A stretch of DNA of 64,000 nt. Origin: Squalus acanthias (lineage: Eukaryota). Both the position numbers and the translations under genes were made by a program. Of the stretch, positions 24,380 through 36,600 are shown piece after piece (positions within the stretch are counted from its first letter, which is position 1; each line of letters begins with the position of its first letter). Location: positions 746,001 to 810,000 of the forward strand of contig JASTWF010000033.1 in NCBI GenBank assembly GCA_030390025.1, read 5' to 3'. Below the pieces are notes generated by a model, which was not told the origin of the DNA, did not search any database, and worked only from the letters and a program-made list of their open reading frames with translations.

Positions 24380-25808
24380 AAAAAAAAATCTGCACCACTC
24401 CATCTTTGCAAACTACAGCCCCATCTCCAACCTGTCTTTCCTCTCCATCGTCCTTGAACGTGTTGTCGCCTCAAAAATCCGTGCCTATATTTTCCGGAAC
24501 TTCATGTTTGAATCTCTCCAAACTGGTTTCCGCCCCTGCCATAGCTCCGAAATGGCATCCTAAGTGACTGTTACAAAGATAATCTATCGTTCCTCGTCAT
24601 TCTCGACCCGCCTGCAGCCTCTGACAAGGTTGACCACACATTCTCCTCCAATGCCTCTCCACTGACGTCCAGCTGGGTGGGACTGCACTCGCCTGCTTCC
24701 ATTCTTAGCTGTCCAGTCTTAGCCAGAGAATCACCTGCATTGGCTTCCCTTCCCGCTCCCGCACCGTTATCTCTGGTGTCCCAAAAGGTCTAAACTTAGG
24801 CCACTCCTCTTTCTCAGCTACAAGCTGCCCCACTGCGACATAATCCGTAAACATAGTATCTGGGTCGACATGTATGCTGACGACACTCAGCTCTACCTCA
24901 CCACCACCTCTCTCAAACATTCCATTGTCTCTAAATTCTCTCACTACTTGTCCGACATCCAGTTGGGATGAGCAAAAATTAACTACAGCTAAATACTGTG
25001 AGGACCGAGGCCATCGTCTTCGGTCCCCGCCACAAATTCCATTCCCTAGCCAATGAAACTTTCCCGCATCCTGGCAATTGTCTGAAGCTGAACCGCACTG
25101 TTCGCACCGTTGGTGTCATATTTGACCCCGAGATTAACTTCTGATCACATATCAGTGCCATCATCATGACCGCCTATTTCCACCTCAATAACATCACTCG
25201 AATCCGCTTCCGTCTCAGCTCACTGCTGCTTAAACCCTCATCCATGCTTTGCTTACCTCTGGACTTGACTATTCCAACGCACTCCTGTCCAGGCTTCCAC
25301 ATTCTACCCTCCGTAAACTTGAGGTCCTCCAAAATTCTGCTGCTTGTGTCCTAACTCGCACTGAGCCCCATGCACACATTATCCCTATGCTCACTGACCT
25401 GCATTGGCTCCCGGTTAAGCAACGCCTCGATTTTAAAATTATCATCCCTGATTTCGATCCCTCCATGGGCTCGGACTTCCCTACTTCTGTACCTGATCCA
25501 GATCTACATCCCTCCGATATATCTGCACTCTTCCAATTCTGGACTCTTGAACATCCCAGATTTTAATCGCTCCACCATTGGCGGTCGTGCTTCCATGGTC
25601 CAAAGCTCTGGAATTGCCTCCCTAAACTTCTCTGCTTCTCTACTTATCTTTCCTCATTTAAGACGCTCCTTAAAAGTTACCTCTTTGACCAAGCTTTTGG
25701 CCATCTGCCCTAATATCTTCTTATTTGACTAGGTGTTAAATTGTGTTTGATATTACTCCTGTGAAGCACCCTTGGACGTTTTACTAAGTTAGAAGTGCTA
25801 GCTAAATA
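24380..25808 (+). mobile_element. L2 LINE RT/3' fragment
   Basis: YSPISNLSFLS.VLERVV, YADDTQLY, LDYSNALL..LQNSAACVLT..LHWLPVKQRLDFKI. Confidence 0.9.
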
Positions 25809-25814
25809 CATAAT

Positions 25815-26579
25815 GGGCCAGAAATTCGGCTCCCTGGATTCCCGCGGGTGCAAGGATCGCGCGCACACCTATCTACCACGCCTGCCGCTGACCCCTGGGC
25901 CCACGAGGAATTCGGGTCCTGGGCCTCCTCCAACTGCCGGGGCACAGTGCTTGCGTATCCCAGGGGCGCAGTTAGTGCGATGCGTCCCCTGGGAGCACGT
26001 GGGCCATGGAGAGCCAATGACAGCAGACCATCTTTCATTCATAGATTTGACAGGAAGACCTGTCAAATCCATGAATACAGATCGGCCCCAAAACATCCCT
26101 AAAACTACAAATACATTTTTAAAAACATCACATTTTAAGAATAATTATAAATTACATTAATTAACTATTTAAACAAAAATTTAATTGTTTTAATATATTA
26201 ATTACACATTTTAACGGGGTTAAAACTAAACTTACCTTTCTTTAAAGTAATTAAAAAAGATAGATCTGTGAAAAAAATGTTTAAATTTTAATAAAATCAA
26301 CACCTACTTTGTTAAAAGAAGGCCTTGCGCCTCCTTTTTCAATATGTATCTTCTCCGTTCTTACCCTCACGGAGGAACCTGTAAAAAAAAAACCGAAGTG
26401 CGAGGGGAACGCACTGTCCCTCCTGCGTGCGAGTTCGACCTCTGAACCTTTTCCTTCAGGGGAACGGAAGTGCCGGTCTCCCGCGCATGCGCAGTGCATG
26501 CAAGACACCGGCACTTTCGTTCCGTCCACGGGTGAGTACACAGCGCGTACTCACCCGTGGCGAGCCTAATTTCTGCCCC
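25815..26579. mobile_element. Non-autonomous DNA transposon/MITE (PIF/Harbinger-like termini)
   Basis: TIRs GGGCCAGAAATTCGGCTC / GAGCCTAATTTCTGCCCC (2 mismatches in 18); flanks aat/att; AT-rich centre; internal hairpins. Confidence 0.7.
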
Positions 26580-26752
26580 ATTTTTGCAGTATCAGTGATA
26601 GTGTTATTAATAAACACTGTGCATTATTATTAGTATCAGTAAGTATTGTTAATAAACACTGTACATTATAATTAGCATTATTTGTACTTTTACTAATAAA
26701 CACTGGGTATTGTATTTGATTCCTGTTATTTCTCTCTCTCTCTGATCCCCAG

Positions 26753-26923
26753 GCTGTATCAAAACGGTCTCACAGATTTTTGTGCCGAGAATCTCGCCTC
26801 CGCTCTCTGTATAAATCGGTCACTGATGGCCCTGCACCTGGGTAATAATAATCTGGGAGATTCAGGAGTGAAACTATTGTTTGCGGTTCTGAGGGACCCG
26901 GACTGTAAAATAAAGGAACTGTG
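26753..26923 (+). CDS. NLR LRR exon (171 nt)
   Basis: LYQNGLTDFCAENLASALCINRSLMALHLGNNNLGDSGVKLLFAVLRDPDCKIKELW; pyrimidine tract + cag acceptor, GTAAGT donor. Not in the ORF track. Confidence 0.92.
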
Positions 26924-27079
26924 GTAAGTGGCAGATTGTGAGAGATTGTGTTGAAATTCACTCACTTTATCGCAGTTTCCATTCGGTTTTAGATTGATAG
27001 ATACAATTTCCAGTGCCTTTACTTAACTCTTTAAAATTTTACTTTCTCAGTCTTTCAGAAGTCAGTTTCTTAGAATATT

Positions 27080-28500
27080 AAGAACATAAGAGTAAGGATC
27101 AGGAGTAGGTCATACGGCCCTGCGAGCCTGCTCCGCTCTTCAATGCGATCATGGCTTGTCTTCGACCTCAACTCCACTTTCCCGCCCGATCCCCCTATCC
27201 CATGATTGCCCTAGAGTCCAAAAATCTATCTATCTCATCCTTGATTATAATCATCGATTCAGCTTCCACAGCCCTTTGGGCAGATAATTCCAAAGATTTA
27301 CAAACTTCTGAGTGAAGAAATTCTTCCTCATCTCAGTCTTAAATGGCCGACACCTTATCCTGAGGCTATGCCCCCTAGTTCTAGACTCTCCAGCCAGGGG
27401 AAACAACCTCTCAGCATCTACCCGGTCAATCCGACTCAGCATCTTATATGTTTCAATGAGATCACTTCTCATTCTTCCAGAGAGTATAGGCGCAAACTAC
27501 TCAATTTCTACAACATAGGACAACGGTCTTATCCCAGAGATCAATCTAATGGAACTTACTTGCGCCGCCTCTAAGGCATGTATATCATTTCTCAGATAAG
27601 GAGACCAAAATAATGCATAGTACACCAGGTGTGGTCTCACCAAAAACCCTGTAGAATTGGAGTAAGACTTCCTTACTCTTGTACTCCAACTCCCTTGCAA
27701 TAAAGGACAACTTTCTATTTGCCTACCTAATTGCTTGTTGTACCAGCATGCTAATTTTCTATGTTTCCTGTACGAGGACACCTACATCTATCTGAACACC
27801 AACATTTAATAGGTTCGCACCATTTAAAAATATTCTGTTTCTCCAGTCTTTTTACCAGAGTGAATAACCTCGCATTTCCTCACATTATACTCCATCTGCC
27901 ACGTTATTTCCCGTTCACTTAACCTGTCTATCTGTGTCCTCCTCACAGCCTTCTTTCCCACCTAGCTTTGTATCGTCAGCAAACTTGGATACATTGCACT
28001 GTGTCCCTTCTTCTAAGTCATTAATATATAATGTAAATAGCTGAGGCCCAAGCACTGATCCTTGCGGCACCCCACTAGTAACAGCCTGCCAACCTGAAAA
28101 AAAAACGTTTATCCCTACTCTCTGTTTTCTGACCGTTAACCAATCCTCTGTTAATGCTACTATATTACCCCCAAATCCATGAGCAATTATCTTGCATAGC
28201 AACCTTTCACGTGGCACCTTATCTAATGCCTTTTGGAAATCCAACTATACTACAATCACTGGTTCCCCTTCATGTACCCTACTAGTTACATTCTAAAAAA
28301 GTCAAACATTTGTCAAACACGATTTCCCTTTCATAAAACCATGATAACTCTGCCTAATCATGTTATGATTTTCTAATTGCCCTGTTAGCACTTCCGTAAC
28401 AATGGATTCCAGCATTCTCCCGATGACTGATGTCAGGTTAACTGGCCTGCAGTTCCCTGCTTTCTCTTTCCCTCCTTTCTTGAATAGAGTGATTAAATTT
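27080..28500 (-). mobile_element. CR1 LINE 3' part
   Basis: aagaacataag tail; [24 protein letters not shown]. Confidence 0.9.
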
Positions 28501-28549
28501 GCAATTTTATACGTTAGTGTCTTAGACGTCAGTTTTTAGGACTTTTAGA

Positions 28550-30060
28550 CTTCAGTGTCAAGTGTTTCTTGGTCAGCTGTCTGTGATTTACAGGTCAGAG
28601 GATTGACTACCATGACAGCCCAGCTGGGATCCTTGCAGCCGCATCCTGCTCTATGTGGGAACTTCAGGGCACTTCATGACCACGTGTGCAAGAAGTGCCG
28701 CCAGTTGCTCGAGCTCAAGCTCCGAGTTTCAGAGCATGGGAAGCGGCTAGAATCACTGCAATAGAACCGGGAACTGGAGTGTTTCCTCGAACGTACGTTC
28801 CAGGATATGGTTACCCAACAGCTGCAGAATGTGCAGGAGGTTAGGGAATGGGACTCCACCAGTAGGAATGCACAGGTACTGCAGGAGTCTCCCAAGCCAT
28901 GGTTTATTGCTAACCGGTTTTGAGTTTTGAATACCGGGGAGGGTGGCTGCTCCTTGTAGGAATGCAATAAGAATCAAACCCCCGGCACCACCCGAGATTT
29001 GACTGCAGACAGGGGAAAAATAAAGAGTTGATATGCAGTATTCATGGGTGATTCGATAGTTAGGCTCATAGACCGGTGTTTCTGTAAAAGTAATCGTGAT
29101 TCCCGAATGGTATGTTGCCAAGGTAAACGAGATCACCGAGCGGAAGCAGGGCTTTCCGCAAGGTGAAGGGGAACAGCCAGAAGACATAGTTAATATTGGA
29201 ACAAGTGGCATATGTTAAAAAAAAGTGTTGAGCTCCTTCAAGCAGAATTTCAGGAGCTAGGAAAAAGATTTACAAAAACAGTAACTCAAAAGTACTAATA
29301 TCACGATTACTCCCAGTGCCACGTGCTGGTGAAGATAGAAACAGTATGTTCTTTCATGTAAATGCATGGCTGGACAAGTGGTGAGGAGAGAGGGCTTCGG
29401 GTTGTTGGGGCATTGGGACCAGTTCTGGGCCAAGTGGAACCTGTACAAGATGGACGGTTTGCACCTGAACAAAAGCCGGTGTCAATGATCTCACTGAGTG
29501 GTTAACTCGTACTGTTGGGGTGGGTTTAAATACATTTGGCAGGGGGATGGGAACCAGGCAATCGCAGAGAGGGGCAGAATAAGATCAGAGGGCAGAGTGA
29601 AATGAACAGCGGTGCAATTAGGAATGTCCCATAAATTGCAGGGACCAGATTGAGGAAAAGAGTGAAAATGATGAAGGAATTATTAAATTGTATGTATGAC
29701 AATGTCCGTAGTGTAACTAATAAGGTTGGTGAGATGCAGGCACAAATTGCTGCATGGGAAAATGCCGTGGTTGTATTAACAGAGATATGGCTCAAACAAG
29801 GCCAGGAATGGATTCTTAATATTCCTGTTCAGCAAGTTTTCATGAATAATAGAGCAAGAAAAAGAGGAGTGGCGTGGCAGTGTTGATTGGAGATGTTGCT
29901 GCATTTCTAAAGGATTACTAGATGGTTCTAGGACTGAATCTGTTTGGATGAGTAGAGGAACAGAGGGAGAGCTGTTATATTGTTGGGAGTTTTTGTCACA
30001 GAGCTCCAAACAGTGAAAAGAAGATAGATGAGCGAAATCGTCCGCTCGTTTCAAAGGCGT
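28550..30060 (+). mobile_element. CR1 5' part (ORF1 Zn-finger/coiled-coil/esterase and start of ORF2 EN), degenerate
   Basis: HVCKKCRQLLELKLRVSE; GDSIVR; NVRSVTNK..LTEIWLKQG. Confidence 0.75.
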
Positions 30061-30062
30061 TT

Positions 30063-33000
30063 AACATAGAAGATAGGAGCAGGAGTAGGCCATTCGGCCC
30101 CTCGAGCCTGCTCCGCCATTCGATGCGATCATGGTTGATCATCCAAACTCAGTACCCTGTCCCTGCCTTCTCCCCATATCCCTTGATACCTTTAGCTTTA
30201 AGAAATATATCTAACTTATTCTTGAATATATTTAATGACTTGGCCTCAACTACCTTCTGTGGTAGAGAATTCCACAGGTTCACCACTCTCTGAGTGCAGA
30301 AATTCTTCCTCATTTCTGTCCTAAATGGCTTACCCCTTATCCTTAGATTATGACCCATGGTTCTGGACTCCCCGACCATCGGGAACATTCTTCCTGCATC
30401 TAGTTTGTCCAGGACTGTCAGTATTTTATATGTTTCGATGAGATCCCCTCTCATTCTTCTATGCTCCAGCGAGTATAAGCCCAATCGACCCAATCTCTCC
30501 TCATATGTCATTCCTGCCATCCCAGCTATCAGCCTTGTGAATCTTCGCTGAACTCCTTCCATGGCAAGAACATCCTTCCTCAGATAAGGCGACCAAAACT
30601 GCACACAGTACTCAAGGTGTGGTCTCACCAAGGCCCTGTACAACTGCAGCATGACATCCCTGTTCCTATACTCAAACTCTTTCGCTATGAAGCCCAACAT
30701 ACCATTTGCCTTCTTCACCGCCTGCTACACCTGCATGCTTATCTTCAGCGACTGGTGCACAAGGACACCCAGGTCTCGTTGCACTTCCCCTTCTCCCAAT
30801 CTATTGCCATTCAGATAATAGTCTGCCTTTCTGTTTCTGACACCAAAGTGGATAACCTCGCATTTATCCACGTTATATTGCATCTGCCACGCTTCTGCCC
30901 ACTCACCCAACCTGTCCAAATCAACCTGGAGTTTCTCAGTATCCTCATCGGAGCATACACGTCCACCCAGCTTTGTGTCATCTGCAAACTTGGAGATATT
31001 ACATTTAGTTCCCTTATCCAGATCATTAATGTATATTATGAATAGCTGGGGTCCAAGGACCGAACCCTGCAGTACCTCACTGCCTGCCACTCGGAAAAAG
31101 ACCCATTAATTCCTACTCTCTGCTTTCTGTCCGCCAACCAGTTCTCTATCCATGTCAATACCTTGCCCCCAATCCCATGTGCCTTAACTTTACACGCTAA
31201 TCTCTTATGCGGGACCTTATCGAAAGCCTTTTGAAAGTCCAAATACACCACATCTACTGGTTCTCCCTTATCTATTTTCCCAGTTACATCCTCAAAAAAT
31301 TCCAGTAGATTAGTCAAGCACGATTTACCTTTTGTAAATCCATGTTGACTTTGTCCGATCCTGTCAATGTTTTTCAAATGCTCAGTTATTACATCCTTTA
31401 TAATGGACTCTAGCCTTTTCCCCACTACCGATGTCAGGCTTACCGGTCTGTAATTCACCGCTTTCTCTCTACCACCCTTTTTGAATAGTGGGGTAACAAA
31501 AGCTACCCTCCAATCCATGGGTACAGTTCCAGATTCCATCGAATGTTGGAAGATGATCAGCAATGCATCTACTATTTCTAGGGCCACTTCCTTAAGTACC
31601 CTAGGATGTAGATTATCAGGCCCTGGGGATTTATCGGCCTTCAATCCCGTCAATTTCCCTAACACCATTTCCCTGAAAATACTGATTTCTTTCAGTTCCT
31701 CCCTTTCATCATACCCTATATTCACCAACATCTCTAGGAGGTTACTTGTGTCCACCTTTGTGAAGACAGAACCAAAATATGCATTTAATTGGTCTGCCAT
31801 TTCTTTGTTCCCCTTTATAACTTCCCCCGCTTCTGACTGCAAGGGACCTACACTTGATTTCACTAAGCTTTTTCTCTTCACATATCTATAAAAGCTCTTA
31901 CAGTCAGTTTTTATGTTCCCTCAAAGCTTACTTTCATATTCTATTTTTCCCTTCTTAATTAATCCCTTTGTCCTCCTTTGTTGAATCCTAAACTGCTCCC
32001 AATCCTCAGGGTTACCGCTTTTTCTGGCCAATTTATATGCCCTCTCCTTGGATCTTATGCTATCCCTAATTTCCATTGTTATTCACGGTTGCGTCACCCT
32101 TTTTGTTTTATTCTTATGCCACACTGGGATGAACAAATTCTGTAGTTCATCCATGCAGTCTTTGAATGTTTGCCATTGCCTATCCACTGTCAACCCTTTG
32201 CGTGGCATTCCCCAATCAATCCTACCCAATTCGCGCCTCATACCATCGTAGTTTCCTTTATTTAAATTCAGGACACTGGTCTCTGATTCAACTACTTCAC
32301 TCTCCATCCTAATGAAGAATTCTATCATATTATGAGCACTCTGACCCAAGCGGCCTCGTACAACAAGATTGCTAATTATTCCTTTCTCGTTACATAATAC
32401 CCAGTCTAAGATGGCCTGATCTCTGGTTGGTTCCTCGACATATTGTTCCAGAAAACCATCCCGTAAACATTCACGGAATTCCTCCTCCACAGTATTTTTA
32501 CTAATTTTGTTAGCCCAATCTAATTGTAAATTAAAGTCAGCCATGATGACGGCTGTGCCCTTACTGCAAGCTTCTCTAATTTCCCTTTTAATGCCATCCC
32601 AAACTCTGTATTACTGTTTGCAGGTCTATATACCACTCCCACTAACGTTTTCTGCCCCTTGTTATTTCTCAGTTCTACCCATACAGATTCCGCATCATCA
32701 GAGCTAATATCCTTCCTTTCAATTGGGTTAATCCCGTCTTTAACCAGCAATGCTACCCCACCTCCCTTTCTGTTTTGCCTATCTTTCCTAAATCATGAAT
32801 ACCCCTGGATGTTGAGTTCCCAGCCTTGGCCACCCTGGAGTCACGTTTCTGTAATCCCAATCAAATCGTTTTCAGTTACCTCTATTTGTGCAGCTAATTG
32901 ATCCAACTTGTTCCGAATGCTCCTTGCATTAAGACACAAAGCCTTCAGGCTTGTTTTTTTTAACGCTCTCAGACCTGTATGATTTATTATTTACTGTGAC

Positions 33001-33600
33001 CATGTTTGATTTAAACCGTTGATTTCTTTGCCTTCTACTTTTGTTTTTCTCCTTCCTGTCTTTTGCTTTTATCCTTGTTTCCCTTTCCTCTGTCTCCCTG
33101 CTTAGTTTCCCAAACCCCAGCCACTTTAGTTTAAACCCTCCCCAAAAGCACTAGCAAACAGTCCCCCTAGGACATCGGTCCCGGCCCTGCCCAGGTGCAG
33201 ACCGTCCTGTTTGTACTGGTCCCACCTATCCAGAACCGCTTCCAATGACCCAGGAATTTGAATCCCTCCCCCTTGCACCATTCCTCTAGCCACGTATTCA
33301 TTTGAAATATCCTCCTATTTCTACTCTGACTAGCACGTGGTACTGGTAGCAATCCTGAGATTACTACCTTTGAGGTCCTATTATTTAATTTACCTCCTAA
33401 CTCCCTATATTCTGCTTTAAGGACCTCATCCCGTTTTTTTACCTACATCGTTGATGCCTATGTGCACCACGACAACTGGCTGTTCGCCCTCACCCTTTAA
33501 AATGTTCTGTAGCCGCTCCGAGACGTCCTTGACCCTTGCACCAGGGAGGCAACACACCATCCTAGAGTCTCGTGTGCAGCCGCAGAAACGCCTATCTATC
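30063..33600 (-). mobile_element. Long CR1 LINE (part of ORF1 + ORF2)
   Basis: ORFs 30149-30718, 30725-31090 and 31036-31881 carry RT motifs; EN and esterase remnants extend to 33600. Confidence 0.93.
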
Positions 33601-36600
33601 TAACAGACATGGATTAGTAATACTAGTAAACTATATTTACCCTAATATAAACTGTGTAAACAAATTGCTCCGGGTAGGGAAGGAGAGGAATTTCTAATGT
33701 ATGTACAAGATAACTTTTTCAATCAATATGGCTCCAGCCCAGCAAGTAAGGAAGCAGTGTTGGATCTGGTTCTAGGAAATGAAGCACAGCCAGTGGATTG
33801 TGTTATAGTAGGACTTTTACTATCCAAATATAGACTGGGATCATAATGGTGTAAAGGGCAGAGAAGGGGATAAGGGGAAGCATTTCTGAAGTGTGTTCAG
33901 CAGAACTTTCTTGACAGTATGTTTCCAGCCCGACAACGGAGGAGGCATTGCTGGATCTGGTTCTTCGGAATGAGGTAGGTCAAGTGAAGCAAGTGTCAGA
34001 ACGTGAAAATTTAGGGAACAGTGATCATAATATAATAAGGTTTAGATTAGCTATGGAAAGGGAGAGGGAGCTATCTAGAGTAAAAATGTTTAACAGGGAG
34101 AAGGCCAATTTCAGTGGGATGAGAACTAGTGGAACAATGGGCTGCCTTTAAAGTGGAAATGGTTCGGGTACAGTCGAGGTACATTTCCACGAGGGAGAAA
34201 GGTAGGGCAACTAAAATCAGAGCTCCCTGGATGAGGAAAAATATAAAGAATATAATGAAGCAGAAAAAATGCGTGTATGACAGATGTCACGTTGCAAATA
34301 CATTTGAGAATCAGGATATATATAGAAAGGTCAGAGGCGAAGTGAAAAAGAAAATAAAATTAGCAAAGAGAGGACATGAGAATAGAATGGCAGCCAATAT
34401 GAACGGTAAAGCAAAATTCTTCTATATTACCGGTTGTTGTTGTTGTATAGACATATAAATAGTAAAAGGGTAGTAAGAGAAACGGTGGGGCCGATTAGGG
34501 ACCAAAGAGGAAACCTATGCATGGAGTCAGAGATTATAGCTGAGCTACTAGAAATACTGAGCTACTGAGCACATAGAAATAAATAAATAAGATCTGAAAG
34601 CCATTACAGAAAATTGGCTCCAAGATGGCATAGATTGGGACCTGAATATTGAAGGCTACATGACATTTAGGAAGGACAGGAAGCACGGAAAAGGTGGAGG
34701 TGTGGCTCTGTTAATTAATGATGGTATTAGCTCAATAGAGAGGGATGCCCTCAGTTCAGGAAACCAGGATGTAGAAGCGGTTTGGGTAGAGATGAGAAAT
34801 GATAAAGGCAAGAAGTCACTTGTGGGAGTGGTGTACAGGCCGCCTAACAATCACATGGTAGGATGGAGTATATAGGAAGGAATAATGGGAGCTTGTTAGA
34901 AAGGTACGGCAATAATCATGGGTGATTCAATCTACATATAGACTGGAAAAATCAGATGGGCAAAGGTAGCGTAGATGAGGAGTTCAAATTATGTTTTCGG
35001 GTTAGTTTCTTAGAACAGCACGTTCTGTAGCCAACCAGAGAGCAGGCTTTACCAGGCCTGGTATTGTGCAACGAGATAGGGTTAATTAATGACCTCATAG
35101 TGAAGGCGCCCCTAGTTAGCAGCGATCATAATATGATTGAATTTTAAATTCAGTTTGAGGGAGAGAAAATTGGGTCCAACACTAGTATTTTAAACTTAAA
35201 TAACGGCAATTATGAGGGCATAAAAGCAGAGCTAGCTAAAGTGAACTGGCAAATTAAGTTAAGGGATAGGTCAAAAGAGTTGCAGTGGAAGACATTTAAG
35301 GAGCTATTTCAAAATACACAGAGCATATACATTCCAATGAGAAAGAAAAATTTCAAGGGGAGGGCCCAACATCCGTGATTAACTAAAAAAGTTAAACATA
35401 GTATCAAACGTAAAGAAAAAGCATATAATTGCGCAAAGATGGGTGGCAGGTCAGAAGATTGGACAGATTATAAAAAAACAGCAAATAATGAATAAAAGAT
35501 TAATAAGGAGAGAAAAATTAGAGTACAAAAGTAACTAGCTAGAAATATAAAAACAGATAGTAAAAGCTTCTTTAGATATTTTAAAAATGGAAAGATTTAA
35601 CAAAGTGAGCGTTGGTAATCTAAAAAGTGATTCTGGGGAATTAATAATGGAAAATAAGGAGATGGCAGTCAAATTGAAAAGATATTTTGCTTTGTTCTTC
35701 ATTATAGAGGATACAAGTAACATTCCAGAATTAGCTGTAAATCAGTAAATGGAAGGGATGGAGGAACTCAAGAAAATTACAATCACCAGGGAAGTGGTAC
35801 TGAGCAAATTGTTGGAGCTGTAGGCTGACAAATCCCAATGTCCTGATGTACTGCAGCCTAGGGTCTTAAAATAAGTGGCTAGTGAGATAGTTGATGCTTT
35901 GGTTTTAATTTTCCAAAATTCCCTAGAGTCGGGGAAGGTTCCATTAGATTGGTAAATAGCGAATGTAACTCCTTTATTCAAAAAGAGAGGGAGACAGAAA
36001 GCAGGAAACTACTGGCCAGTTAGCTTAACATCTGTCATGGGGAAGATGTTAGAAACAATTTATAGCAGGGCACTTAGAAACGTTCTAGGTAATCAGGTAT
36101 AGTCAGCATGGTTTTGTGAAAAGGAAATCATGTTTAATCAGTTTATTGGAATTATTTGAGGAAGTGACGTGCTGTGGATAAAGTGGAACCGGAGGATGTA
36201 CTGTGCTTAGATTTCCAGAAGGCAATTCATAAGGTGCCACATCAAAGGTTATTGCAGAAAATAAAAGCTCATGTTGTAGTGGGTAACATGTTGGCATGGA
36301 TAGAAGATTGGCTAGCTAACAGGAAACAGAGATTAGGCATACATGGGTCCTTTTCTGATTGGCAAGATGCAACGAGTGGTGTGCCACAGGGTTCAGTGCT
36401 GGGGCCTCAACTTTTTACAATTTATATAAATGACTTAAATGATGGGATCAAATGTATGGTTGCTAAATTTGCTGATGACACAAAGATAGGTAGGGAAGTA
36501 AATTGTGAAGAGGACATAAGGAGGCTACAAAGGGATATAAATAGTTTAAGTGAGTGGGCAAAGATCTGGCAAATGGAGTATAAGGTGGGTAAATGTGAAG

